This document shows, piece by piece, positions 17,157 through 27,216 of a stretch of DNA of 32,000 nt. The stretch spans positions 1-32,000 of the forward strand of contig NZ_SNUY01000029.1 of assembly GCF_004376175.1 (NCBI RefSeq), in the 5' to 3' direction. Position numbers and translations under genes: made by a program. This DNA comes from Halalkalibacterium halodurans (GTDB taxonomy: Bacteria; Bacillota; Bacilli; Bacillales; Bacillaceae_D). A model generated the notes under the pieces. The model was given only the letters and a program-made list of their open reading frames with translations, was not told the DNA's origin and did not search any database. Within the stretch, counting starts at the first letter, position 1. Each line of letters begins with the position of its first letter.

Positions 17157-19046
17157 TTACGCCCTTTTTTGCTTTCTCGGAAGCAATTTGCTTAATTGGT
17201 TCGCCACTTGGCTTGAGGTGAGGCCAATTTCTTCAAGCAATTCGCTTACGCTTCCGTGTTCAATAAATCGATCAGGTATTCCCATCCGCTGGGTGACGAC
17301 ATTGTGATACCCATGGTCATGGAAAAATTCCAGTACCGCACTACCAAAACTTCCTTGCACCGCTGTCTCCTCAAGCGTTAATACTGGTCGCCCGCTTTTC
17401 GCAATCTCGTGAAGCATCGCCTCATCAAGAGGTTTAACCGACCTAGCATTGATTAACCGGATGGAATAACCTTGTTGTGAAAGCTCTTTACTCGCTTGCT
17501 CTGCAACTGGGATCATCGTTCCGAAGGTAAGAATACAGGCATCCGTTCCTTCTTGTAGCACTTCCCACGATCCAATTGGGATTTCCTTTAACACCTCGTC
17601 CATTTTGATTCCATACCCGTTCCCTCTCGGATAACGGACAGCTATTGGTCCACCCTCATATTGAATGGCTGTATAAACCATGTGCTGCAATTCATTTTCG
17701 TCCTTTGGCATAAGGATCTTCATGTTTGGTAAATGGCGTAAATAGGCGATATCGAAAACCCCTTGATGTGTTTCGCCATCTGCCCCAACAAGTCCTGCTC
17801 GGTCAATTGCAAAAAACACGTTTAAGTTTTGCCTGCAAATGTCGTGCACGACTTGGTCATATCCCCTTTGCAAAAAGGTTGAATACACAGCGAATACGGG
17901 CTTTAACCCTTGTGTTGCAAGTCCCCCGGCCATTGTGGTCGCATGCTGCTCTGCAATCCCTACATCAAACATACGATCTGGAAATTCCTTTGCGAATTGG
18001 TCAAGCTTCGTCCCACCAGGCATGGCTGCAGTGAGGGCCACAATTCGAGGGTCGTTGCGAGCAATTTTCTTTAATGTTTCTGCAAACACACCGCTATAAC
18101 TTGGCGGAGCCGGTTTTTTTACAAGCTCACCTGATTCAATTTTGTAATGACCGACCCCATGCCATGTACCCTTCTCATCATTTTCTGCGGGGGCGTAGCC
18201 TTTTCCTTTTTTCGTCAGAACGTGAATGAGGACAGGACCTTTTGTTTTCTTCGCGTATTTCAAGTTTTCCATCAAATCGTCAAGGTCATGGCCGTCGACT
18301 GGTCCTAAATACGTAAAGCCCATTTCTTCAAAGAAAATGCCAGATACGAGCAAGTACTTTAAGCTGTCTTTCACACGCTCAGCCGCTTGAGCCAACTTAC
18401 CACCGAAAGCTGGAATCTTTTTGATCAGCATTTCCAGATCTTCTTTTGCCTTTTGATATTTACCTGCTGTCCGCAAGCGCCCAAGAACATTGTGAAGAGC
18501 ACCGACATTTGGAGCGATCGACATTTCATTATCGTTTAATACGACAATTAAATCCTTCTGCTCATGTCCGATATGGTTTAACGCTTCGAGGGCCATGCCA
18601 CCTGTCAACGCTCCATCACCAATGATGGCGATAACGTTTTCATCTGTCCCCTTTAAATCACGGGCTGTAGCCATTCCCATCGCTGCAGATAGAGAAGTGG
18701 AACTGTGTCCCGTTTCCCAAACATCATGCTCACTCTCGTCGCGTTTCGGAAATCCACAAAGCCCTTTATATTGTCTAAGTTGATCGAATTGTCCTGCTCG
18801 TCCAGTCAAAATTTTATGTACGTAAGCTTGATGACCTACGTCCCAAATCAACTTGTCTTTCGGACTGTCAAACAGTGAATGTAATGCCAACGTCAATTCG
18901 ACAACCCCAAGGTTTGGCCCGAGATGGCCGCCCGTAATGGATAGCTTTTCAATTAAAAATTGACGAATCTCTTCCGCTAATTGCTCCAATTCTTGCTTTG
19001 TCATTGATTTGATCAAGGAAGGATCGTGCAGCTTCTCTAAGTCCAT
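17157..19046 (-). CDS. dxs: 1-deoxy-D-xylulose-5-phosphate synthase
   Basis: The ORF is 629 aa. It has [14 protein letters not shown] and the ThDP motif [16 protein letters not shown]...NDN. Confidence 0.96.
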   Translation of the reverse strand: MDLEKLHDPSLIKSMTKQELEQLAEEIRQFLIEKLSITGGHLGPNLGVVELTLALHSLFDSPKDKLIWDVGHQAYVHKILTGRAGQFDQLRQYKGLCGFPKRDESEHDVWETGHSSTSLSAAMGMATARDLKGTDENVIAIIGDGALTGGMALEALNHIGHEQKDLIVVLNDNEMSIAPNVGALHNVLGRLRTAGKYQKAKEDLEMLIKKIPAFGGKLAQAAERVKDSLKYLLVSGIFFEEMGFTYLGPVDGHDLDDLMENLKYAKKTKGPVLIHVLTKKGKGYAPAENDEKGTWHGVGHYKIESGELVKKPAPPSYSGVFAETLKKIARNDPRIVALTAAMPGGTKLDQFAKEFPDRMFDVGIAEQHATTMAGGLATQGLKPVFAVYSTFLQRGYDQVVHDICRQNLNVFFAIDRAGLVGADGETHQGVFDIAYLRHLPNMKILMPKDENELQHMVYTAIQYEGGPIAVRYPRGNGYGIKMDEVLKEIPIGSWEVLQEGTDACILTFGTMIPVAEQASKELSQQGYSIRLINARSVKPLDEAMLHEIAKSGRPVLTLEETAVQGSFGSAVLEFFHDHGYHNVVTQRMGIPDRFIEHGSVSELLEEIGLTSSQVANQLSKLLPRKQKRA

Positions 19047-19055
19047 GAAGTGACC

Positions 19056-19670
19056 TCACTTTCGAGAATTTTTCTCTTTCTTCTTTTTTCCATTTGGTAG
19101 AAAGTTTATGTTCATTTTTTCTTCAAGAAAATAAAACACTTTTCCTACTTGGTAAATAATTGCGGTGGAATGCTCAATCGCCAATGTCTTCCCAATCGCT
19201 TTACCGCCCACCGTTAGCGCGGCTACCACACTCGTAAATAAAACCGACAACGCAAATTGCTGGCCTGAGTTTTCACCATACCCGAGCTGTAAAGCCAACT
19301 GAATGACAACATAGGTGGCTGCTGTTCCACTCACAATACCTGATATATCTCCAATTACATCGTTGCAAAAATTCGCAAACCGATCCGCATTGCGAGTAAT
19401 GGCGACAGCTTGTTTTGCCCCTTTTAACCGCTCTGAAGCCATCGCATGAAATGGCTTTTCATCTGCTGCAGTTGCTGCCACCCCAATTGTATCAAAAAGA
19501 ATCCCAACAAGCACAATAAGCAAAACGATTCCCATGCCAACTGCCCAGGAAACACCGCTTAACATGAATGTGGAGACAATTGAAAAAATCGCCGCTAACA
19601 CAAGCGTGATAACGGCAATAGCTAAAGTCCAATTTATTGATTTTCCTAGAGATTTCATAGCGCCTCGCAT
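19056..19670 (-). CDS. oapA: Four-TM membrane protein in the position of OapA (OLE-associated protein A)
   Basis: The ORF is 204 aa with four hydrophobic segments (about residues 14-37, 42-66, 104-127 and 138-160) and a lysine-rich tail. It lies between the large non-coding region and dxs, which is the published OLE/oapA context. The start could be the ATG at 19670 or at 19658, and both have weak SD spacing. Confidence 0.7.
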   Translation of the reverse strand: MRGAMKSLGKSINWTLAIAVITLVLAAIFSIVSTFMLSGVSWAVGMGIVLLIVLVGILFDTIGVAATAADEKPFHAMASERLKGAKQAVAITRNADRFANFCNDVIGDISGIVSGTAATYVVIQLALQLGYGENSGQQFALSVLFTSVVAALTVGGKAIGKTLAIEHSTAIIYQVGKVFYFLEEKMNINFLPNGKKKKEKNSRK

Positions 19671-19699
19671 ACACCTTTTTAAATAGAATACACTAAATT

Positions 19700-20330
19700 C
19701 GTTCCGACTGCGTATGTATGAGAGTGGTCATTTAAAGAGTAAACTCTGTGGCTTAGGTCCAGTAGGATTTCCCAATTCAACACCAGTGCGTCGCCGCGCT
19801 GGCGGTTTCCCTTTATGTTGAACTTGGCGCTGTCACCAAACGCCAGACTGGATTACCACTTAGTCCACACTGTAATCCTCTTTAAATGTCCCCATGGAAC
19901 AGTCTAGGAGTTTTCCTCGGCAATCCCTTGCCATTCTCTTATCCTCTTTTGCAGAGCAGATTTCATATGGTACTAGAGAGGCAATGGCTGTTGGCCGACA
20001 GCGGATTGCTTCAAAACCCATAATCCCCTCTACTCCACTCAAGGCAGGCTACGCTGCTGACAAGCTCCCTAGCTTGCCTTCGCAGGTTCATACCCTTTGC
20101 TCTTGCCCTATGTCCATACATAAGCAGCAGAGAAAAAGGCCTCCACAGTAGGAGGGTCATCGCCCACATGCCTTTGTGGATCGCCCTACTACCTTTTCTC
20201 CCAGCAATGACCCAAGGCTGGGCGCCTCAAGCCATCACAAGGAGCTTCATCGATGTGCCCTTTGGCGGATTTTTAGCCCCGCCTTCAAGAATGGAGGATT
20301 GACTAGAATACTGCACCACTCTTATTCTAA
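19700..20330 (-). ncRNA. ole: OLE (ornate, large, extremophilic) RNA; the ends are approximate
   Basis: The gap between ispA and oapA is 723 bp and has no credible ORF. It looks more G+C-rich than its flanks. Many local helices are readable in it: 20304-20310/20323-20329, 20264-20268/20279-20283, 20200-20205/20217-20222, 20164-20168/20175-20179, 20140-20144/20151-20155, 20061-20066/20071-20076 and 19825-19829/19841-19845. A near-consensus promoter sits just upstream. The synteny ispA-ole-oapA-dxs matches B. halodurans as published. Confidence 0.75.
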
Positions 20331-20335
20331 AAGAC

Positions 20336-20364
20336 ATTATACCATGAAATCAATCGAAGCTCAA
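20336..20364 (-). promoter_or_regulatory. Strong sigma-A-type promoter directly upstream of the OLE RNA
   Basis: On the minus strand the -35 is TTGAGC (20364-20359) and the spacer is 17 nt ending in TGg (an extended -10). The -10 is a perfect TATAAT (20341-20336). The predicted start is near 20329, at the foot of the first hairpin. Confidence 0.5.
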
Positions 20365-20393
20365 TTACATTAATTCCCTTCTTTGATCAGCAA

Positions 20394-21278
20394 CTAATGG
20401 TTACGATTCACGACATAATCCGTTAATTCCTCTAATAAGCGATGGTTCATTTGAACACTATATAAATATTCCTTTGCCAGCAAAGTATGCAAGTGAAGCT
20501 TCTCTTTTGCCCCTTCGAGGGTTAATAGGCTTGGATAGGTGCTTTTTTGATTTCCATCATCGCTTCCAACTGGTTTACCAATGGCAGCTTGATCCCCTTC
20601 AACATCTAAAATATCATCTTTTATTTGAAAGAGTAAGCCTAATTCTCTTGAAAATCTACGTATGTTCTCAATATCTTGTTCAGATGCATCCGCAAGCCTT
20701 GCCCCTGCAACAATGGCGAACGAGAGAAGCGCCCCTGTTTTATGATGGTGGATATATTCAAGTCCCTCGACCGTTAGTTTTTGATTTTCTCCTTCGATAT
20801 CAGCTACTTGTCCGCCTACCATTCCTTCTGGTCCAGCAGCCCTTGCAAGCTCTTCTATCAAGCAGAGTGTTTTGGCCGGGTCAACACCTTTCATTTTGGC
20901 CACAATCTCAAAGCTGTACGTTAATAATGCATCCCCTGCAAGAATGGCATGAGCTTCTCCGAACACTTTATGGTTCGTCGGTTTTCCCCGGCGAATATCA
21001 TCATCATCCATCGATGGGAGGTCATCATGAATGAGCGAGTACGTATGAATCATCTCAATCGCACAGGCAAGGTCAATCCCCTGTGAAATATCCTTTTGAA
21101 AACTTTTCATCGTTGCCAATAGCAGCGCTGGTCGAATTCGTTTTCCTCCTGCCTTCAAGGAGTAAAGCATAGAATTTTTCAGCATGTCAGGAGAATTTAG
21201 TCGTTCAATATGTGCAGGCATCCGCTCTTCGATGATGTCTTTAATTTCATCTAAAAATTGTAACAGTTGTACACTCAC
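20394..21278 (-). CDS. ispA: Farnesyl diphosphate synthase
   Basis: The ORF is 294 aa. It has the first aspartate-rich motif [17 protein letters not shown] and the second, FQIKDDILD. The GTG start overlaps the xseB stop (GTGA). Confidence 0.93.
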   Translation of the reverse strand: MSVQLLQFLDEIKDIIEERMPAHIERLNSPDMLKNSMLYSLKAGGKRIRPALLLATMKSFQKDISQGIDLACAIEMIHTYSLIHDDLPSMDDDDIRRGKPTNHKVFGEAHAILAGDALLTYSFEIVAKMKGVDPAKTLCLIEELARAAGPEGMVGGQVADIEGENQKLTVEGLEYIHHHKTGALLSFAIVAGARLADASEQDIENIRRFSRELGLLFQIKDDILDVEGDQAAIGKPVGSDDGNQKSTYPSLLTLEGAKEKLHLHTLLAKEYLYSVQMNHRLLEELTDYVVNRNH

Positions 21279-21517
21279 TCTTGTTCCTCCTGCAATACTG
21301 TTTCCTCAAAATTCCCATCTTCTTTCAATATCTGATCCATCTGCTTCTCTACAGTTGCCAGCTTTTCATGACAAACCTTCGAGAGGTTCATCCCTTTTTG
21401 GAACATCGAAATGGCTTCCTCTAGCGGCACGTCCCCTTGTTCAAGCTGTTCTACCACTTCTTCAAGCTGCTCCATCGCCTCTTCAAAACTGAGTGGCGGT
21501 TGTTCATTTTTGATCAT
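21275..21517 (-). CDS. xseB: Exodeoxyribonuclease VII small subunit
   Basis: The ORF is 80 aa, helical and acidic ([28 protein letters not shown]). It overlaps the 3' end of xseA by 14 nt. Confidence 0.9.
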   Translation of the reverse strand: MIKNEQPPLSFEEAMEQLEEVVEQLEQGDVPLEEAISMFQKGMNLSKVCHEKLATVEKQMDQILKEDGNFEETVLQEEQE

Positions 21518-22889
21518 ATCCTTCTCCCCCGCTTTCGCTCTCTATTTCTTTCACATCACAGATGAGCTGCCCATCAGTAACCCGAAGGTGCAAGCGGTCA
21601 TTCATCCTTACTTGCTTCACCGATTTTATCAGCTCTTGAGTTTTCGCTTTATATGGTAACGCGTAACCCCTCTCCATGACTCGCAGTGGACTGAGGAGGT
21701 TCAAACTAGAAATGGCTTGTTGGAATTGCTGCTCTTTCCGCTCCATCATTTGTTGGAATTCTTTCTTCAATAAAACTTCTAGCTTTACTCTTGCTTGCTC
21801 CGCTTGCCTGAGGCGCCCTTCTGGATGGATTCGTTTTAAGCGGTATTCAAGCTGACTCAGTCGATCCTTAGCATCGCTAACCATTCGCCGTTGATGCTTC
21901 GTCAATCGCTCAAGCTGTTGATCAAGCTCTAATTCCTTTTGTTTAACCAATTGTGCTGGATAACGAAAGGCATACGATTTTTGCAGGCGTTGAAGGTGTT
22001 CTTTTTGCCTTTTGAGTAGTTCATGCTGGGCACGTTTTAGCCTTTGGGTATATTGGTTGACACGAGAGATGAGCTCTTTCAAGTCTGGAACGGCTAGCTC
22101 AGCGGCTCCTGTCGGTGTAGCTGCTCGTACATCGGCGACAAAGTCAGCGATTGTATAATCTGTTTCATGACCGACAGCTGAAATGATCGGAATGACCGAC
22201 TGATAAATCGCTCGGGCAACAAGCTCTTCATTAAATGCCCATAATTCTTCAATCGAACCCCCACCTCGACCAACAATGAGAAGATCGAATCCACCTACCT
22301 CATTGGCTTGCCTAATCGCTTTTGCGATCGAATGAGGTGCTTCCTCCCCTTGCACGAGTACAGGGAGAAGCGTCAATTGAGCGATAGGAAAACGCCGTTT
22401 AATGGTTGAGGCGATGTCACGAATCGCTGCTCCTGTTGGCGATGTTACGATCGCAATTTGTCTTGCAACAGGAGGCAATGGCTTTTTGTTTTCTTCCTTA
22501 AACAGTCCTTCTTGTTCAAGTCGTTCTTTTAGTTGTTCATAGGCAAGATATAAGTTTCCGATCCCATCCGGCTGCATTTCAAGCGCATAAAGTTGATATT
22601 GACCAAACGGTTCATACACGTTCACTTCTCCGCGAACAATGACCTTCATTCCATTTTCAGGTTTGAAATTTAAAAAACGATTATTACCTGCAAACATCAC
22701 AGCAGACATTTTAGCATGCTCATCCTTTAGTGTGAAGTACATATGCCCTCTACTATGATGCTTAAAGTTAGAGATCTCTCCTCGCATCCAAACGTCTTGC
22801 AATAACGGGTCATCTTCAATGGTTCGCTTCAAATGTCGTGTCACTTCTGAAACCGTCAAGATTGGCTGCTGACCTGCCATTTCACACAC
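21504..22889 (-). CDS. xseA: Exodeoxyribonuclease VII large subunit
   Basis: The ORF is 461 aa with an OB-fold N-terminus ([11 protein letters not shown]...[19 protein letters not shown]). The start could be the GTG at 22889 or the ATG at 22880. Confidence 0.92.
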   Translation of the reverse strand: MCEMAGQQPILTVSEVTRHLKRTIEDDPLLQDVWMRGEISNFKHHSRGHMYFTLKDEHAKMSAVMFAGNNRFLNFKPENGMKVIVRGEVNVYEPFGQYQLYALEMQPDGIGNLYLAYEQLKERLEQEGLFKEENKKPLPPVARQIAIVTSPTGAAIRDIASTIKRRFPIAQLTLLPVLVQGEEAPHSIAKAIRQANEVGGFDLLIVGRGGGSIEELWAFNEELVARAIYQSVIPIISAVGHETDYTIADFVADVRAATPTGAAELAVPDLKELISRVNQYTQRLKRAQHELLKRQKEHLQRLQKSYAFRYPAQLVKQKELELDQQLERLTKHQRRMVSDAKDRLSQLEYRLKRIHPEGRLRQAEQARVKLEVLLKKEFQQMMERKEQQFQQAISSLNLLSPLRVMERGYALPYKAKTQELIKSVKQVRMNDRLHLRVTDGQLICDVKEIESESGGEGYDQK

Positions 22890-22892
22890 GCC

Positions 22893-23732
22893 CTATTCTT
22901 TCGCTGCTTGAATCGTATTGGCTAATAGCATCGTGATCGTCATTGGTCCGACGCCTCCAGGAACAGGGGTAAGATGGGACGCTACCTCTCGAACACTTTC
23001 AAAGTCCACATCTCCGCAAAGCTTTCCATCGACACGGTTAATGCCGACATCGATCACAACAGCGCCTTCTTTGACGTGACTTGCGTCAATAAAACGAGCT
23101 CTCCCAACCGCAACAATTAGAATGTCAGCCTGTTTTGTGATCTCAGTTAAATTTTTTGTACGCGAATGACAATATGTAACGGTAGCATGTTCATTTAACA
23201 TTAATTGTCCGACTGGTTTACCAACGATATTGCTCCGTCCAACGACAACAACGTGCTTTCCGGCAATCTCCACATTTGCTTCTTGCAGCATGACAAGCAC
23301 ACCAAAAGGCGTACAAGGAAGGAACGTGTCTTCACCGATCATCATTCGCCCTACACTGATCGGATGGAACCCGTCCACGTCTTTGGCAGGAGAAATCCGT
23401 TCAATAACCGCCTGTTCCGAAATTTGTTCTGGCAATGGCAGTTGCACGAGGATACCATGGATCGTAGGATCGTTGTTCAAACGGTCAATTTCTGTTAACA
23501 GCTCCTCTTCCGAAGTGGATGCTGGAAGCTCTTTTAATACAGAATAAATTCCAATTTGCTCACACGCTTTTTGTTTTGAGCGAACATATACTGTGGATGC
23601 AGGATCATTACCAACAAGAATCACAGCTAAGCCTGGGGTGATTCCACGTTCTTTTAACTTGGTTACCTCTGATTTTAATTCGTCACGCTTTTTTGCTGCT
23701 AATGCTTTTCCATCTAATAATACTGCACTCAT
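22893..23732 (-). CDS. folD: Bifunctional methylenetetrahydrofolate dehydrogenase/cyclohydrolase
   Basis: The ORF was trimmed to the ATG at 23732, 8 nt after GGGAG. The sequence is conserved over GILVQLPLP, VDGFHP, VGRSNIVGKPV and PVPGGVGPMT. Confidence 0.95.
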   Translation of the reverse strand: MSAVLLDGKALAAKKRDELKSEVTKLKERGITPGLAVILVGNDPASTVYVRSKQKACEQIGIYSVLKELPASTSEEELLTEIDRLNNDPTIHGILVQLPLPEQISEQAVIERISPAKDVDGFHPISVGRMMIGEDTFLPCTPFGVLVMLQEANVEIAGKHVVVVGRSNIVGKPVGQLMLNEHATVTYCHSRTKNLTEITKQADILIVAVGRARFIDASHVKEGAVVIDVGINRVDGKLCGDVDFESVREVASHLTPVPGGVGPMTITMLLANTIQAAKE

Positions 23733-23753
23733 CGTCTCCACTCCCTTTAAAAA

Positions 23754-24164
23754 TTATTTGTCTTTTGGTTTATAGGCTTCCATTGTTTTTGATAGAACAC
23801 CATTTATAAATCGACCAGCATCTTCCCCGCCAAAGGCTTTTGCGAGCTCAATTGCTTCATTAAAAGAGACATTTTTAGGAATATCGTCCACGTAATATAG
23901 TTCATATAAAGCCATGCGAAGAATCGCTCGATCTACATTGCCGATCCGGTCCACGGTCCAGCCTTGAAGGTGATCTGCATATAGCCGGTCCAACTCCTCT
24001 TGGTGGGTAACGGTTCCGCTAACAAGGTCGCTCATGAACGAACTTGCCTCTTCCCCTTCGTCGAGAACACTTTCAATGGCTTTTTCCATTGATGTGTCGA
24101 TAACATCCATTTGATAAAGAGCTTGTACAGCTCGAAGTCGTGATAAACGTCGATTCATGCTCAT
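23754..24164 (-). CDS. nusB: Transcription antitermination factor NusB
   Basis: The ORF is 136 aa. It is conserved over RAVQALYQMD, DRIGNVDRAILRMALYEL and EAIELAK.FGG....FINGVL. Confidence 0.93.
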   Translation of the reverse strand: MSMNRRLSRLRAVQALYQMDVIDTSMEKAIESVLDEGEEASSFMSDLVSGTVTHQEELDRLYADHLQGWTVDRIGNVDRAILRMALYELYYVDDIPKNVSFNEAIELAKAFGGEDAGRFINGVLSKTMEAYKPKDK

Positions 24165-24354
24165 ACTCCTTCTAATTGAAAACTTAAAGATAGGTTAAGT
24201 TTCCCCATTAATATGTTTGATCATAGCATAACATTTTTCGTAAAAACAGAACAATTGCAGAAAAGAGTCGGAACAACTTTCGTTTTCTGAATATTTTTGA
24301 CCCTTTGTTTATCTATCAACGTTTAACTGATTGCTGAATCCTGTTTGATGAGTG

Positions 24355-24382
24355 CAAAAAAGCGACCCAAAATTGAGCCGCT
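24355..24382 (-). terminator. Rho-independent terminator after yqhY
   Basis: On the minus strand AGCGGCTC-aatttt-GGGTCGCT forms an 8-bp stem that includes 2 G-U pairs. It is followed by TTTTTG. Confidence 0.5.
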
Positions 24383-24392
24383 TTTTGAGCCA

Positions 24393-24791
24393 TTATTTAG
24401 TTTCTTCTTCTCCATCGACTGCTTCAAAATGCACGCCGACAATATGAACGTTTATGGATTGTAGCTCAATGGCAGTCATAGTTTGCAAAGCTTGTTTGAT
24501 GTTTTGTTGAATTTTCTTCGCCACTTCTGGAACGGATACTCCGTAAAGAATAATGACGGAAACATCAACGATAATCCCCTCGTCATTCAAATCAACCTTT
24601 ACACCTTTGCCATGATTTTTATAACCTAATTTCTCTGCCACTCCTGCTGCAAAATTGCCCCTCATGGTGGCGACCCCTTCAACTTCTGAGGCTGCAATCC
24701 CAGCGATTACTTCAATGACCTCTGGTGAAATTTCCACCCTGCCTAAATCTGTTTTTTGCTCTTCTAGGTCTAACAGATGGTTCTCGTTCAT
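24393..24791 (-). CDS. yqhY: Asp23/Gls24-family alkaline shock protein
   Basis: The ORF is 132 aa. It has the typical GRVEISPEVIEVIAGIAASEVEGV segment. It lies after accC as in B. subtilis. Confidence 0.85.
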   Translation of the reverse strand: MNENHLLDLEEQKTDLGRVEISPEVIEVIAGIAASEVEGVATMRGNFAAGVAEKLGYKNHGKGVKVDLNDEGIIVDVSVIILYGVSVPEVAKKIQQNIKQALQTMTAIELQSINVHIVGVHFEAVDGEEETK

Positions 24792-24820
24792 CCTTTACAC
24801 CTCCATTGGAATGGACCTTA

Positions 24821-26179
24821 CTATTTGCTCTCCTCCATGATGTTATAAATCTCTAAAAATTTCGTGTTGAAATCTCCAGATACAAACGTTTCATGGTTTA
24901 GCAAGCGCAAGTGAAACGGAATGGTCGTCTCAATTCCCTCTACCTCAAACTCTGCAAGTGCTCGCTTCATTTTTGCAATCGCCTCGTCCCTTGTCGCTCC
25001 GTGTGTGATCACCTTAGCAATCATGGAATCGTAAAAAGGAGGAATTGTATAGCCTGGGTATGCAGCAGAATCGACCCGAACTCCTAGTCCACCAGGTGCT
25101 AAGTAGCTTTTTAATTTACCTGGAGATGGCATAAAATTTTTCTCTGGGCTTTCTGCGTTAATCCGACACTCTATCGACCAACCATTAAATGTAACGTCTT
25201 CTTGTTTGTAGGACAACGGCTTCCCTGAAGCTACTTTGATTTGCTCTTTAATCAAGTCAATTCCCGTCACCATTTCTGTCACTGGATGCTCAACTTGGAT
25301 TCTCGTGTTCATTTCCATAAAGTAGAAATCACCATTATTATGGTCATAAATAAACTCAACGGTTCCTGCCCCCGAATAGTTGACGGCTTTCGCTGCAGCA
25401 ACAGCGGCTTCCCCCATCTCCTTACGCTTCTTCTCTGTAATTGCAGGAGACGGTGTTTCCTCTAATAGCTTTTGCAATCTTCGCTGAATCGAGCAGTCCC
25501 GTTCCCCTAGATGAATTACGTGACCGTGGTTGTCGGCAAGCACTTGAATTTCAACATGACGGAAATCTTCAATGTATTTTTCAAGGTAGACACCAGGATT
25601 CCCGAACGCTGTTGCGGCTTCTTGTTGGGTAATGTTAATACCTTTTCGCAATTCCTCTTCATTACGAGCGACGCGAATTCCCTTACCCCCACCGCCTGCT
25701 GTAGCTTTAATGATGACTGGATAACCGATTTGTTCCGCTACTGCTAAGCCGTCTTCCACACTCTCGATGATTCCTTCTGAGCCTGGGACGATTGGAACGC
25801 CGGCACGTTTCATTGTTTCTCTTGCCACGTCTTTCGTTCCCATTTTGCTAATCGCATCCGCACTAGGACCTACAAAAGTAATGTTGCATTCCCCACATAT
25901 TTCAGCAAAATCGGCGTTCTCTGCTAAAAATCCATATCCAGGGTGAATCGCATCCACTTCAGTTAAAGTCGCTACACTCATGATATTCGTGAAGTTTAAA
26001 TAGCTTTTTGCAGATGGCGTCGGTCCAATGCAATAAGCTTCATCCGCCATTCGTACGTGAAGGGCATCGCGATCAGCTTCTGAAAAAACAGCCACGGTTT
26101 CAATTCCTAACTCGCGACAAGCGCGAATAATTCGAACGGCAATTTCCCCGCGATTGGCAACTAGCAGTTTCTTTATCAT
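24821..26179 (-). CDS. accC: Acetyl-CoA carboxylase biotin carboxylase subunit
   Basis: The ORF is 452 aa. It has LVANRGEIA, the ATP-grasp loop GGGGKGIRV and [14 protein letters not shown]. Confidence 0.96.
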   Translation of the reverse strand: MIKKLLVANRGEIAVRIIRACRELGIETVAVFSEADRDALHVRMADEAYCIGPTPSAKSYLNFTNIMSVATLTEVDAIHPGYGFLAENADFAEICGECNITFVGPSADAISKMGTKDVARETMKRAGVPIVPGSEGIIESVEDGLAVAEQIGYPVIIKATAGGGGKGIRVARNEEELRKGINITQQEAATAFGNPGVYLEKYIEDFRHVEIQVLADNHGHVIHLGERDCSIQRRLQKLLEETPSPAITEKKRKEMGEAAVAAAKAVNYSGAGTVEFIYDHNNGDFYFMEMNTRIQVEHPVTEMVTGIDLIKEQIKVASGKPLSYKQEDVTFNGWSIECRINAESPEKNFMPSPGKLKSYLAPGGLGVRVDSAAYPGYTIPPFYDSMIAKVITHGATRDEAIAKMKRALAEFEVEGIETTIPFHLRLLNHETFVSGDFNTKFLEIYNIMEESK

Positions 26180-26191
26180 CCAAATCTCTCC

Positions 26192-26701
26192 CTACTTTTG
26201 CGGCTCTACTACAAATAGAGGTTGACCGTATTCCACTAATTCGCCGTTCTCCGCTAAAACTTCGACGATCTTCCCTTTCACTTCCGCTTCAATTTCGTTC
26301 ATTAATTTCATTGCTTCCACGATACAAACAACAGTATTTTCGCTAACATTATCACCGACCTTTACATATGGATCAGAATCTGGCGATGGTGCAACATAGA
26401 AAGTCCCTACCATCGGAGACGTAATTTTATGTAAGTTGTCAGTTGCTTTCGTTTCAGCCTCTTCCTTCACAGGCTCTGAAGCAGGGGCTGCTTGAACGGC
26501 TTGTCCCTTAGGTGGCTCTTGAACGGCCTGAACAACAGGGGCTGGAACTGGAGCGCTCTGAACAGGCTGTTGGTAAGCAACAGTCTCTCCCTGAGATTTT
26601 TTCAATACGAGCTTTAATCCTTCTTGCTCAAGCTTAAACTCGTCTAAATCGGATTGATCAACCGCACGGATCAACTCGCGAATTTCTTGTACTTTTAACA
26701 T
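26192..26701 (-). CDS. accB: Acetyl-CoA carboxylase biotin carboxyl carrier protein
   Basis: The ORF is 169 aa. It has a Pro/Ala-rich linker and the biotinylation motif [19 protein letters not shown] lies 9 nt before the ATG. Confidence 0.95.
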   Translation of the reverse strand: MLKVQEIRELIRAVDQSDLDEFKLEQEGLKLVLKKSQGETVAYQQPVQSAPVPAPVVQAVQEPPKGQAVQAAPASEPVKEEAETKATDNLHKITSPMVGTFYVAPSPDSDPYVKVGDNVSENTVVCIVEAMKLMNEIEAEVKGKIVEVLAENGELVEYGQPLFVVEPQK

Positions 26702-26730
26702 TAATCAGCTCTCCTCCATTTCTCGTTAGC

Positions 26731-26745
26731 CAACGTAATACGTTG
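26731..26745 (-). promoter_or_regulatory. 15-bp perfect palindrome in the accB leader (candidate operator or leader hairpin)
   Basis: CAACGTA-A-TACGTTG lies between the accB -10 element and the RBS. Confidence 0.3.
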
Positions 26746-26768
26746 TAAACTAAATGATCACATGATTC

Positions 26769-26777
26769 ATTATAGCA
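26769..26777 (-). promoter_or_regulatory. Extended -10 promoter element for accBC
   Basis: The minus strand reads TGcTATAAT, ~65 nt upstream of the accB ATG. The -35 region is poor. Confidence 0.4.
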
Positions 26778-26787
26778 TATCCACAAT

Positions 26788-26804
26788 AAAGAAAGCGCTT
26801 TCTT
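26788..26804 (-). terminator. Short terminator-like palindrome after the 117-aa ORF
   Basis: AAGAAAGCGCTTTCTT is a self-complementary 16-mer. On the minus strand it is followed by TATTG. Confidence 0.35.
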
Positions 26805-26825
26805 ACCAAGTGATTCACCAAACGT

Positions 26826-27179
26826 TTATTCTTCTTGCTCCTCGCCTTCTTCTTTCGTGATGGCGTCAAATTTGTATTGGCGGAACACAGGGAACTCTGA
26901 TAAATTATCAGGAATTTTTCCGTTTTCCAAAAGAATAATTTTCACAATATTTTTATTTCGTGCCATATGGTACTTTTCACCATATTCATTTTCAAGTGTA
27001 TACCTTTTTAAGCTTTGATAATCTTCCTCTTGAATGGATACGGTGTAAGTCCCACCTTCTGTTTCATACTCATGTTGAAAGCCTACCTCAAACTCAACAA
27101 TTTGAATATGGTCGTTTTTTAAATTTCGGGTTTGTTCCAATACGGCTTTTGCACCTTCGGTTAGTTCAGACCATTCCAT
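26826..27179 (-). CDS. Hypothetical acidic cytoplasmic protein (117 aa), with no family recognised
   Basis: The ORF has AAGGAGAG 7 nt before the ATG, its own extended -10 element and a downstream hairpin. It has no TM segment and ends in a Glu-rich tail (KEEGEEQEE). It occupies the position of the membrane protein gene yqhV in B. subtilis but does not resemble it. Confidence 0.6.
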   Translation of the reverse strand: MEWSELTEGAKAVLEQTRNLKNDHIQIVEFEVGFQHEYETEGGTYTVSIQEEDYQSLKRYTLENEYGEKYHMARNKNIVKIILLENGKIPDNLSEFPVFRQYKFDAITKEEGEEQEE

Positions 27180-27216
27180 GTCAATCTCTCCTTAGCTATA
27201 GGAATTACGCTGACCT

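Noticed and set aside
19860-20373. Three 60-85 aa ORFs (19860-20042 minus, 19894-20151 plus, 20176-20373 plus) inside the ispA-oapA gap.
   Set aside because: They overlap one another on opposite strands, lack Shine-Dalgarno sequences and have odd composition. The region is better explained as a structured RNA (OLE).
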